Below, one piece after another: positions 37,624 through 45,826 of a stretch of 64,000 nucleotides of DNA. The number at the start of each line of letters is the position of its first letter. Positions within the stretch are counted from its first letter, which is position 1. The stretch lies in IMG/VR virus record IMGVR_UViG_3300031555_003155, one strand, 5' to 3'. The notes below the pieces were generated by a model. The model was not told the origin of the DNA, made no database searches, and worked only from the letters and a program-made list of their open reading frames with translations. A program made the position numbers and the translations under genes. This DNA comes from a virus (lineage: Duplodnaviria; Caudoviricetes).

Positions 37624-39195
37624 TTATTCAAATTTTGTCATCATATACAAGGTTTGGATACCTTCATTTGCTATTTTTCTCATATTTGAACCATATATAT
37701 TTAGTATATGAGATTTAGATTTCATTTGCTTTTCCGCTTCAGCATTAGCCTCTTGACTGAATAATCCTTTTATTGAAATCTGATCACCGTCATAGTCACC
37801 GCCCAAGCCTGCAAGATATAGGTTAGACATAGATACTGTATCTATAAAACTAACTGCAACTTCATTCTTTGATGCTTTCAAATCTATATACGGATAATTC
37901 AAATACACACGATTATTTATATAGACGGGTATTGTTTTATGTGTGCTTAATACTGTTATTTTATTAGGAAAAGTTCCAAAATAGTCCGTCATCGGATATC
38001 GTGTAACATATACATGCTTATCTCTTGTAATATCTACAGCAGCCTGATAGAATATATCTGCCCAAGTTGCATATCGTTCTATAATATTACTTTCACTCTC
38101 TGGTTTATTTTTATCATATTCCCTAGCAACGAATGAAAAATAAACTTTATTCTTCGAATTCTTTACTGGCAATTCAATGGGATTAAATCTATCTGCATGA
38201 GCAAATACAAAATTGTCAACTTGTTTTTTTATAAAATCATTATTAAAATATAATTCCGGATTATCTAATTCAACAAGTTCAATTTCGCCTTTTGAATTCT
38301 TTACAGGATATTTATTTCCAGATTTAACGAATTCTTGGGTGAAATAATTTTTAACCCATGCAATTATAAATGGAGTGAATAACGAACAACATTGAGCCAG
38401 AGGAACACCTGTATGATAAAAATCTATAGTCATTTCTGATGGTTTATTTGCATTAAATGTTGGTGCAGAAATAACTGAACGTGCACCATAATCTATCGAC
38501 TTTCCTAATAAATTCTTACGAATCATACCTTGTTTTTTTTCTAATTTACTTTTTAGAAAATCATATATATCAACTAATTGGTCCTGTATTTTTGCTCTTG
38601 TTCCATCGAGAACAAAATCAAAATTATTACTGTTTCTTATAATACTAGTTAATCTTATTAATTTAGAATATTTATCATTGAGTATTCTGTGTGATAGTAT
38701 TCCTTTTTCCATTGATTGGAAATTTACATCTCGATAGAATGGAGGAATTACTATCCAATATTTCGTGAATAAAATATTTTTTTTATATGCTTTTAAAACA
38801 TCTATACGCTCATTACGCATAAGGCTGTTATTTTTTTCGAAATTAATTTTATCCCAATTCTTATAAAGAAATTTTAAGCCGGTTTCCCCGTTTTCTTCAT
38901 CTTCAACTAATACACCATCTTTAATAATAAATCTTCTATTACCATGGACAATACTTTCAAATTTTCTATCCATTCGTTTTAATAGTTTATAGATAAATGG
39001 GTGTAAAAATGTATCAGATAAATCTATATAAGCATAAGTTTCTTTTCGTTCTTTAACGGATACTCCAAATATATCTGTTGATATTAATCCACGAGGGGAT
39101 GGAACCGCACCTTTACTAAATAAAACAGGGTCATCAACCTCTTTAAGATCATTAACTTTTATAAATTCGGCAGTATCATACAAATCTATTAGCAT
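37624..39195 (-). CDS. rpoC: multisubunit RNA polymerase beta' N-terminal/catalytic fragment (probably virion RNAP)
   Basis: GLISTDIFG, VIPPFYR, KQGMIRKNLLGKSIDYGARSVIS, TRYP, catalytic GGDYDGDQ; ends shortly after the active site; start reassigned to ATG 39195. Confidence 0.92.
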   Translation of the reverse strand: MLIDLYDTAEFIKVNDLKEVDDPVLFSKGAVPSPRGLISTDIFGVSVKERKETYAYIDLSDTFLHPFIYKLLKRMDRKFESIVHGNRRFIIKDGVLVEDEENGETGLKFLYKNWDKINFEKNNSLMRNERIDVLKAYKKNILFTKYWIVIPPFYRDVNFQSMEKGILSHRILNDKYSKLIRLTSIIRNSNNFDFVLDGTRAKIQDQLVDIYDFLKSKLEKKQGMIRKNLLGKSIDYGARSVISAPTFNANKPSEMTIDFYHTGVPLAQCCSLFTPFIIAWVKNYFTQEFVKSGNKYPVKNSKGEIELVELDNPELYFNNDFIKKQVDNFVFAHADRFNPIELPVKNSKNKVYFSFVAREYDKNKPESESNIIERYATWADIFYQAAVDITRDKHVYVTRYPMTDYFGTFPNKITVLSTHKTIPVYINNRVYLNYPYIDLKASKNEVAVSFIDTVSMSNLYLAGLGGDYDGDQISIKGLFSQEANAEAEKQMKSKSHILNIYGSNMRKIANEGIQTLYMMTKFE

Positions 39196-39553
39196 ATATA
39201 TCACCTTCCTCACGGTCATTTTTCATACCTATATCAACGACAATGTTATTATACTCTTCAATAATATCGACTGTAAAATATTTAGATGAACTATAATCAT
39301 TTTTACAATTATTGATAGCAAATACTATGTCATTTATATATTTGTTTTCATGAGGAACTATATATACTTTGATATTATTTTTCTTTTCTTTACAGTATAT
39401 TTTTTCTATCTTTTTCAAATCTATATCATTTATTAAAAAATAAAAATATCTGAATTTCTCATAATGATATTCGAGGATATTTTCAAATAAGGTATAATCA
39501 GCTAACTCCGATGAAGTTAGCTGATTGAATATTGTTACCATATCATGACGCAT
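39176..39553 (-). CDS. hypothetical protein overlapping the RNAP gene start
   Basis: 125-aa ORF with AAAGGGG RBS. Confidence 0.65.
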   Translation of the reverse strand: MRHDMVTIFNQLTSSELADYTLFENILEYHYEKFRYFYFLINDIDLKKIEKIYCKEKKNNIKVYIVPHENKYINDIVFAINNCKNDYSSSKYFTVDIIEEYNNIVVDIGMKNDREEGDIYANRFV

Positions 39554-39643
39554 GTATTTAAAAGCCCCTTTCTTTCTTTCTTTATTTTTATATCGACAGG
39601 AGAGATTGTGGGGCTTAAAAATATCTTCATCGTAATTGGGAAA

Positions 39644-39883
39644 TTACTGTAAATCTTCTAGGGCTCTCATGTCCATACCACCAGAAGCTTCTCTTTCTTT
39701 TTTTAGGCGGTCGACACGAATATTTCTAAGTGTGACCGCCTCTTTATAGCTTAATTTATATTTTAAATCGTCAAGAGGAATTTGGTTTTTAAATAAATCC
39801 AAAAATTCATCTATAAATAAATAAAAATTTTTTATTCGATTGTTGATGTCATCGCCTGTCGATACCTGTAAAAAAGTATGGAC
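39644..39883 (-). CDS. -1 frame extension of the upstream chaperone (unannotated; likely reached by frameshift)
   Basis: 80-codon open frame without RBS or ATG near its 5' end, overlapping the 3' end of 39832..41379; T6 run at 39870-39875. Confidence 0.6.
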   Translation of the reverse strand, partial: VHTFLQVSTGDDINNRIKNFYLFIDEFLDLFKNQIPLDDLKYKLSYKEAVTLRNIRVDRLKKEREASGGMDMRALEDLQ

Positions 39884-41379
39884 TCAAGATCCATTTCTAA
39901 TGTTGGTGTGTAGTGTTTACATGCGGGGCATGTAATTCCCATTAAACCAAATTCAATAGAAAGGTCTTCCATCATATCTTCGCCTAAACGACGAATAATC
40001 ATAACATCTTTTTCATTTAATGTATATAAAGTTCTTGCGATTTCTGCAGCAGTATCAACCTCAAAATAGCTACCATCTTCATCCGGATCAGGAATATAGA
40101 AAGTTCTAATTAATGTAGATAAGATCGATGCTTGATTATATTTAGGATCTTTATTATCTGCAAGGTCTTTAATTGATTTATTTATAAGATCATAAGCAGT
40201 CTGTACATATATTTCTGCAATGATGCCGCTCTGAGGCAATCTTACACGTTTAACCTGACTAATCGGTGCATTTGCATGCACTTCTTTAGCGGTATCTTCA
40301 GATACAGAACTGTCAACTATAGTCATAATAGCATCTCTAAGCTTATCTTTCATAGCTTCTGCACGAATTAACGATTTGGTTGAATATCTATGAGAAAACT
40401 CTTTCTTACATTTTTCACAAACAAGCGGAATAGTATCGTCATCAGGATATGTAGAACATAATAAACCATAAATAAATACATTATAATCTGCTGCTGCAGT
40501 ATTTAATAAGAAATCGTTAAAACTCATATTACCAAGACTGGTTGACTCAAGTTTACTATGAATTAAGCTCCATTTATTTTGCGCATCAAGTAACGCATTA
40601 TTATTACCATCAATCAATGAAATTAATTCATATGCAGAACACCCTTTCATTGTTGCTGTATATCCTGAAATTGGAAGCACAATGCTTGTGCTATGGATAT
40701 TAGTTACCCTCTTGATGATCTTATCCAATTCTGATTTCTTGCGGATTTTTTTAGTCTTAATACTTTCCAAAGAGATTGTTTCAACTTCTTCAAGTTTAAT
40801 TTTCTTACTTTTCTCAAGTTTTTCATGCTCCTCATCGGTGAAATTAATTAATGTGCCGAAGCCAGTTTTATCAATAACAACAACTGCTTCATTATATTTA
40901 GCCTCAAATTCATCTTTTGTCATTCCAGGGTCTTCCTCTTCCCCATCATCATCTTTATAAATAAGGTCATCTTCTTCTGCTTGCTTTTCAGCAATGTCTG
41001 TTTCAATTTGGTCTTTCTTTTCTTTTAATTCGTCAATAGCTTCATCCATCTCCTGGAGATATGCATCCACTGCACTTTGAGTATCAGGAGTTATTCCTGT
41101 GTACTTCATCGGTTTGTCATCCTGTTTATCAAGGTCTTCATTATCAATAACTAAACCAGGTCCAGAATATGATTTATTTTCAACAGGAACAATTTCATCA
41201 TCATGTTGATTAGATATAGTTTCTTCTTTCTGTTCTATAGGTTTTTCGGGTTCTTTAGTAGCTTTTAATACTTCAGAAAAATCTCCGCCAATAACTTTAG
41301 TTTCCTGATTATCAAAATCATCATCAGAAATTTGCTCAGCGGCTTGTTTAATTTTAGTTAAATCCATATTATTATCCAT
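39832..41379 (-). CDS. baseplate hub/tail assembly chaperone (T4 gp26/gp51-like) with long acidic N-terminus
   Basis: IVLPISG and VRLPQSG internal repeat, CEKC and CPAC zinc knuckles; adjacent to gp25-like gene. Confidence 0.65.
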   Translation of the reverse strand: MDNNMDLTKIKQAAEQISDDDFDNQETKVIGGDFSEVLKATKEPEKPIEQKEETISNQHDDEIVPVENKSYSGPGLVIDNEDLDKQDDKPMKYTGITPDTQSAVDAYLQEMDEAIDELKEKKDQIETDIAEKQAEEDDLIYKDDDGEEEDPGMTKDEFEAKYNEAVVVIDKTGFGTLINFTDEEHEKLEKSKKIKLEEVETISLESIKTKKIRKKSELDKIIKRVTNIHSTSIVLPISGYTATMKGCSAYELISLIDGNNNALLDAQNKWSLIHSKLESTSLGNMSFNDFLLNTAAADYNVFIYGLLCSTYPDDDTIPLVCEKCKKEFSHRYSTKSLIRAEAMKDKLRDAIMTIVDSSVSEDTAKEVHANAPISQVKRVRLPQSGIIAEIYVQTAYDLINKSIKDLADNKDPKYNQASILSTLIRTFYIPDPDEDGSYFEVDTAAEIARTLYTLNEKDVMIIRRLGEDMMEDLSIEFGLMGITCPACKHYTPTLEMDLESILFYRYRQAMTSTIE

Positions 41380-41411
41380 TTGTGTGTTCCTCCTTATTTT
41401 TTATATATTTA

Positions 41412-41828
41412 TTATTTTAATTTATCTTCAAATTGATAATTAAAAACAATTTCACCACTATTACTGTCTTTTTTAAATCCAATCAATAAAGTTTCATTTT
41501 GACTACTTATAGAAAGGGGAATTATTAACATCAATACACCTTCGCCGTGATAATCTACTACCATTAAACGAAGACCTGTTAAATCGAGATATGGTATCAA
41601 AAGTGAGCACTGATAATTTATCTCTTTTTTCAATGCCTCGGAATCGATATCTTCTTCAAATTTATATAAATATTTTCTAATATCAATTCCTATATGGGGC
41701 ATACTAGGCATTTGTCCAGGTCTCATTAATAGTATATTTAAAATAAGTTGAGCGATAGTTTCCGATTGAGATAATATTTTTTGTTTCCCGAAATTATCGA
41801 GACCAAAATCTAATTCAGATTTTATCAT
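41412..41828 (-). CDS. baseplate wedge/sheath initiator (gp25-like)
   Basis: ILNILLMRPGQMPSMPHIGIDIRKYLY matches the gp25 family pattern. Confidence 0.8.
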   Translation of the reverse strand: MIKSELDFGLDNFGKQKILSQSETIAQLILNILLMRPGQMPSMPHIGIDIRKYLYKFEEDIDSEALKKEINYQCSLLIPYLDLTGLRLMVVDYHGEGVLMLIIPLSISSQNETLLIGFKKDSNSGEIVFNYQFEDKLK

Positions 41829-41919
41829 ATTATCACCTCTTTCTTATTTTATATGATTTTACTATTATGTAGATTAAGTAAAAATGTATTTAAAAAAAAA
41901 ATAAAAAAAAGATTATGTG

Positions 41920-42264
41920 CTATTCGGCACATAATCTGAAGAATATCTCATCACAAAGATATTTTACTACAATATGAGTTATCATACTGACGTCATCTTT
42001 TGACGAGTTCATTATTTCGATAAGAATTTTATAATTCTTCACAAATAACCATGCATTAAAAACTTCTAATCGCATATTATCGGGCTCTTTATAACTCATA
42101 TAGTGTTTGACAAATTGATTTTCTATATAATCCAACCCATCATGCCTTCTTAAATTTATAACTGAATCTGTAACATCATATTTCCTTCTCATAGCATAAA
42201 TCTCATTCATAACGGTATTAAAATTTGTAACATCTAATTCTCTAAAAGTATCCATAGTAATCAT
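41920..42264 (-). CDS. hypothetical early protein
   Basis: 114-aa ORF with early motif at 42311-42320. Confidence 0.65.
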   Translation of the reverse strand: MITMDTFRELDVTNFNTVMNEIYAMRRKYDVTDSVINLRRHDGLDYIENQFVKHYMSYKEPDNMRLEVFNAWLFVKNYKILIEIMNSSKDDVSMITHIVVKYLCDEIFFRLCAE

Positions 42265-42310
42265 TTTTATTCCCCCAATATGTTTATTTGTTATATTACT
42301 ATATACTATT

Positions 42311-42320
42311 ATAATATATA
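42311..42320 (-). promoter_or_regulatory. early-type promoter motif TATATATTAT
   Basis: Upstream of 41920..42264. Confidence 0.6.
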
Positions 42321-42357
42321 GATAGAATATTGAAGTTTACTGTATTATGATAGTTTT

Positions 42358-42369
42358 AACAATTCTTTA
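42358..42369 (+). promoter_or_regulatory. late promoter AACA-N6-TA
   Basis: AACAATTCTTTA upstream of the 1123-aa gene. Confidence 0.7.
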
Positions 42370-42388
42370 ATAAAAATGAGTTGAAAGG

Positions 42389-45300
42389 ATGATTACAATG
42401 AAGACTACAAAATATAAAAAACTCAAATGCCCTTTATGCGATGACTCATATACAAAAATAGAGGGGCTTTACGCACATATTGAAGATGAACATGATGATG
42501 AACTTCCACAAAATTATACCCCTGCAAGATATTTATATTATTTAAAAACAGGAAGAACTTCAGGAAGTTGTGTCATTGACCATAAACCAACAGATTGGAA
42601 TGAATCTACAGGGAAATATAATAGATTTTGTAATAACCCAAAATGTAAAGAAAAATATAGAGAAGAGTTTAAGAAACGCATGATGGGTAAATATGGTAAA
42701 GTTAATTTATTAAAAGACCCAGAGCAACAGAAAAAGATGTTAGCACATAGAAAAATCTCCGGAGAATATGTGTGGACTGATGGAACTAAAGTCACATATA
42801 CAGGTAGCTATGAAAAAGAATTTTTGCAGTTCTTAGACGTATTTATGAATTTTGAAAGTTCTGATATTATGGCTCCGTCACCACACACATATTACTATAC
42901 ATATAATGGAGAAAAATTATTCTACATACCAGACTTCTTTATACCATCATTAAACTTAGAAGTTGAAATAAAAGATGGTGGAGATAACGCTAATAAACAT
43001 CCAAAAATCCAAGCTGTTGATAAAGTTAAAGAAAAATTAAAAGATGAAGTTATGAAAACCCAAAAAGACTATGATTATATAAAAATAGTTAATAAAAATT
43101 ATGATAACTTCTTCGAATATTTATTATCCCAAAAAGAAAGTGTCGAGTCTAAAAAATCCGGAGCAGCAGGAACTATATTGACTGAAAGTATTAATAACTT
43201 CGATTTATTATTAGAAATGGATATTGATTATGATTTACGATTCACCAAATCAATTAAACAAACAAAAGAAATAATCGACACACTGGATGAGGAAGATATA
43301 AAGAGTATTAATATACCAAAAACTCAAAATCCAAATTATTCGATATATAGAGAGGTTGCTGTATTCGGTGGTGTTCCTGTAGCATTCATCGAAGTGTTTC
43401 AATTTCCGAATATGAAAAAAGATGAGGCTGCAATAATATTAGTATGTCGAACTGAAAAGAAATACAAAGGATATCATAATTCAGCACTACTTATAATGCG
43501 AATGCTTAATGCATTGCGTAATGAAAGCATAAGAACCGTTAAATGGGTATTTAATAACACTAATGAGAAAACGGCACTGAATAAAAAGAATTTTAAACTT
43601 AAACCGAATGGTGAAATTGTGTTGGAAGATTCTAATACAATATGTGAAGATCCTCATCTATTTCCTGGAGAAGACAAATTAAATGCGGTAAAAACTTCTA
43701 TAAAAAATGATACTGTTATAGTATTAAATATTGATGAGTTCCCACAAAATACGTTTATTACATCCGATTTGCATTTATATCGAAATAATGATGGGAGCAA
43801 CGTTGCGGAGATGGTTAAGAATATAAATGCTAATGTTAAGCATGATGATACATTAATTATTCTTGGTGACATCGGATATAAAAAAGACCCAGATATGAAA
43901 GAGCATATTGAAAGATTTTTAAACGATATAAACTGTTCTCATATATGGTTGGTTATCGGTAACCATGATATATTAGATATTGATGATTATATTGAGCTAG
44001 GATTTGAAAAGGTGTGTCATAGAATTAATTATAGAGGTCATTCGTTGACACACTACCCAATACACAATTCCGATGGAATATCTGTACATGGACATCTCCA
44101 TAATGAGTATCTTCCGTTTGAAGATGAACCTACTGACGATGAAAGATTTCGCAACGTATATTATTACACCAGACCAATTAAGAGTATTAATGAGTACATT
44201 AATGAAAATATGATTTTAGATGAAGGTCTATTTAATTTTAAAGGACGTCAATTATATTATATATCAAAAAATAAAAATGAAAAATTTAATAAATCAACAG
44301 TATTTACTGCAGATAAAAAGAAAGCATTGTCCTGGTTTATGGAACAAAATAGCAATATAAAATATAAGGAAATAAAAAAATCAGAATATTCATCATGGTT
44401 TAAAGATACGACTGAATTGGTTATTGATAAATCATTAGAAGGTAGAATAAATGATAAAGTATACCTATACACTGTTAGTAAGTCTGCATTTGATTCTATT
44501 GAAGAGTATGGTAACTATATTAAAGATATAGAAAAGCTTAATATATTAAATACGGAAGAGATTAAACTGATAGATTTGATACAGCAGGTTGGAATTAAAG
44601 TTACATTTAATACATCAAATCCTGCGGAAATATCCAATAGAAAAAAGATTGTGTCAACTCTTCGTAGCAGATTTCAATCATTAATATCTAAATCAGATTA
44701 TGTGAAATTTAAAACAACAAAAAGTTTAATTCTTGATTTAGATTCTGAGGATGTTGAGGATTTTGTTAATGGAAATTCTGATAGATTGTCATTTATTCAT
44801 TATGATTTAAATAAGTTTTACAATAATAAAGCAAGACAATATATGAATGAAGATTCAGCAAAAGAATATTCAGATCTATATAAAGCATTCACAAATGAAT
44901 TGTTATCGGATAAGACATTATCTAAAATAACTATAAAATCGGATGGTGATTGGGATGATGGTAAATACTCTGCAGTAATTAAATCTGATAATAAGAGCAT
45001 AATGGAATCATCTGAATCTTCTATATTAGAAGCTAATTTCGGTGGATTCTTAACAAAAAAAGAAATAAATCCATCAAAAATAAAAACTCCTAAAGATTTA
45101 TTAAATGTATTAAATACTTGGGGATATGGATTATTAACTAAGAATAAAGAAGTTATAACTAATGATATTGAACCCGAGCAATTCGCAGATTTATACAGAA
45201 CCATATCGCCACAAGATTTTGAAAAATATAAAGTTGGTGTGTGTTGGGACTATACTGAATATGAAAGATATTATTTCAAAAAATACTTTGATTATAAATT

Positions 45301-45760
45301 CAAGACATACTATATAGAATTGGATAATTTATCTTCATCAACTCATACATTTTTAGTGTATGAAGACTCTGGTAAATATTACTATTTTGAATCATCATAC
45401 AGAAGATATCAGGGTATACATGTATTTGAAACAATGCAGGATGTATTCAACTATGTATTAACTGCTATGTTTAGAGATGAGGGTAGAACGTATCCTTATG
45501 CTATATATGAATATACCGAAATGCCTTCAGGATTAACTACTTTAGGATTTATGGATATGCTTATAGTAAATGGTAAAAAAATATATCACACATATAAACT
45601 ATATCGTTTAACAGAAAGTGTGGATATTCCTGTATTAAAATCGGAATATCCTAAATGCACTATGAGATGTTCATTAATGAGCAAGTATGCTGATAGAGGT
45701 ATTGATTGTAGGAAAAATTGCAGACATTATGCTAATATGCTAACACACATTGAAGAATAA
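42389..45760 (+). CDS. multidomain late protein: C2H2 Zn finger + PD-(D/E)XK nuclease, GNAT-like, metallophosphoesterase, ART-like/unknown, transglutaminase/papain-like
   Basis: CPLC...H...H; YIPDFF...EVEIK; SDLH, GD, GNHD, HGHLH; GVCWD...THTFLV...YYFE. Confidence 0.75.
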   Translation: MITMKTTKYKKLKCPLCDDSYTKIEGLYAHIEDEHDDELPQNYTPARYLYYLKTGRTSGSCVIDHKPTDWNESTGKYNRFCNNPKCKEKYREEFKKRMMGKYGKVNLLKDPEQQKKMLAHRKISGEYVWTDGTKVTYTGSYEKEFLQFLDVFMNFESSDIMAPSPHTYYYTYNGEKLFYIPDFFIPSLNLEVEIKDGGDNANKHPKIQAVDKVKEKLKDEVMKTQKDYDYIKIVNKNYDNFFEYLLSQKESVESKKSGAAGTILTESINNFDLLLEMDIDYDLRFTKSIKQTKEIIDTLDEEDIKSINIPKTQNPNYSIYREVAVFGGVPVAFIEVFQFPNMKKDEAAIILVCRTEKKYKGYHNSALLIMRMLNALRNESIRTVKWVFNNTNEKTALNKKNFKLKPNGEIVLEDSNTICEDPHLFPGEDKLNAVKTSIKNDTVIVLNIDEFPQNTFITSDLHLYRNNDGSNVAEMVKNINANVKHDDTLIILGDIGYKKDPDMKEHIERFLNDINCSHIWLVIGNHDILDIDDYIELGFEKVCHRINYRGHSLTHYPIHNSDGISVHGHLHNEYLPFEDEPTDDERFRNVYYYTRPIKSINEYINENMILDEGLFNFKGRQLYYISKNKNEKFNKSTVFTADKKKALSWFMEQNSNIKYKEIKKSEYSSWFKDTTELVIDKSLEGRINDKVYLYTVSKSAFDSIEEYGNYIKDIEKLNILNTEEIKLIDLIQQVGIKVTFNTSNPAEISNRKKIVSTLRSRFQSLISKSDYVKFKTTKSLILDLDSEDVEDFVNGNSDRLSFIHYDLNKFYNNKARQYMNEDSAKEYSDLYKAFTNELLSDKTLSKITIKSDGDWDDGKYSAVIKSDNKSIMESSESSILEANFGGFLTKKEINPSKIKTPKDLLNVLNTWGYGLLTKNKEVITNDIEPEQFADLYRTISPQDFEKYKVGVCWDYTEYERYYFKKYFDYKFKTYYIELDNLSSSTHTFLVYEDSGKYYYFESSYRRYQGIHVFETMQDVFNYVLTAMFRDEGRTYPYAIYEYTEMPSGLTTLGFMDMLIVNGKKIYHTYKLYRLTESVDIPVLKSEYPKCTMRCSLMSKYADRGIDCRKNCRHYANMLTHIEE

Positions 45761-45780
45761 CAAAAAAAAATAATATTAAT

Positions 45781-45813
45781 GGAGAGTAGGATTATAAAAC
45801 AATCCTACTCTCC
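45781..45813. terminator. bidirectional terminator
   Basis: GGAGAGTAGGATT/AATCCTACTCTCC between convergent genes. Confidence 0.8.
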
Positions 45814-45826
45814 CTTTTATATGCTG

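Noticed and set aside
10090-39219. Introns or inteins in DNA polymerase, terminase or RNAP genes
   Set aside because: Motifs are contiguous at normal spacing; no Hint-domain termini or homing endonuclease ORFs are visible
42389-43130. Mobile homing endonuclease or transposase
   Set aside because: The PD-(D/E)XK domain resembles head-completion nucleases, is fused to other modules under a late promoter, and has no flanking repeats or intron context
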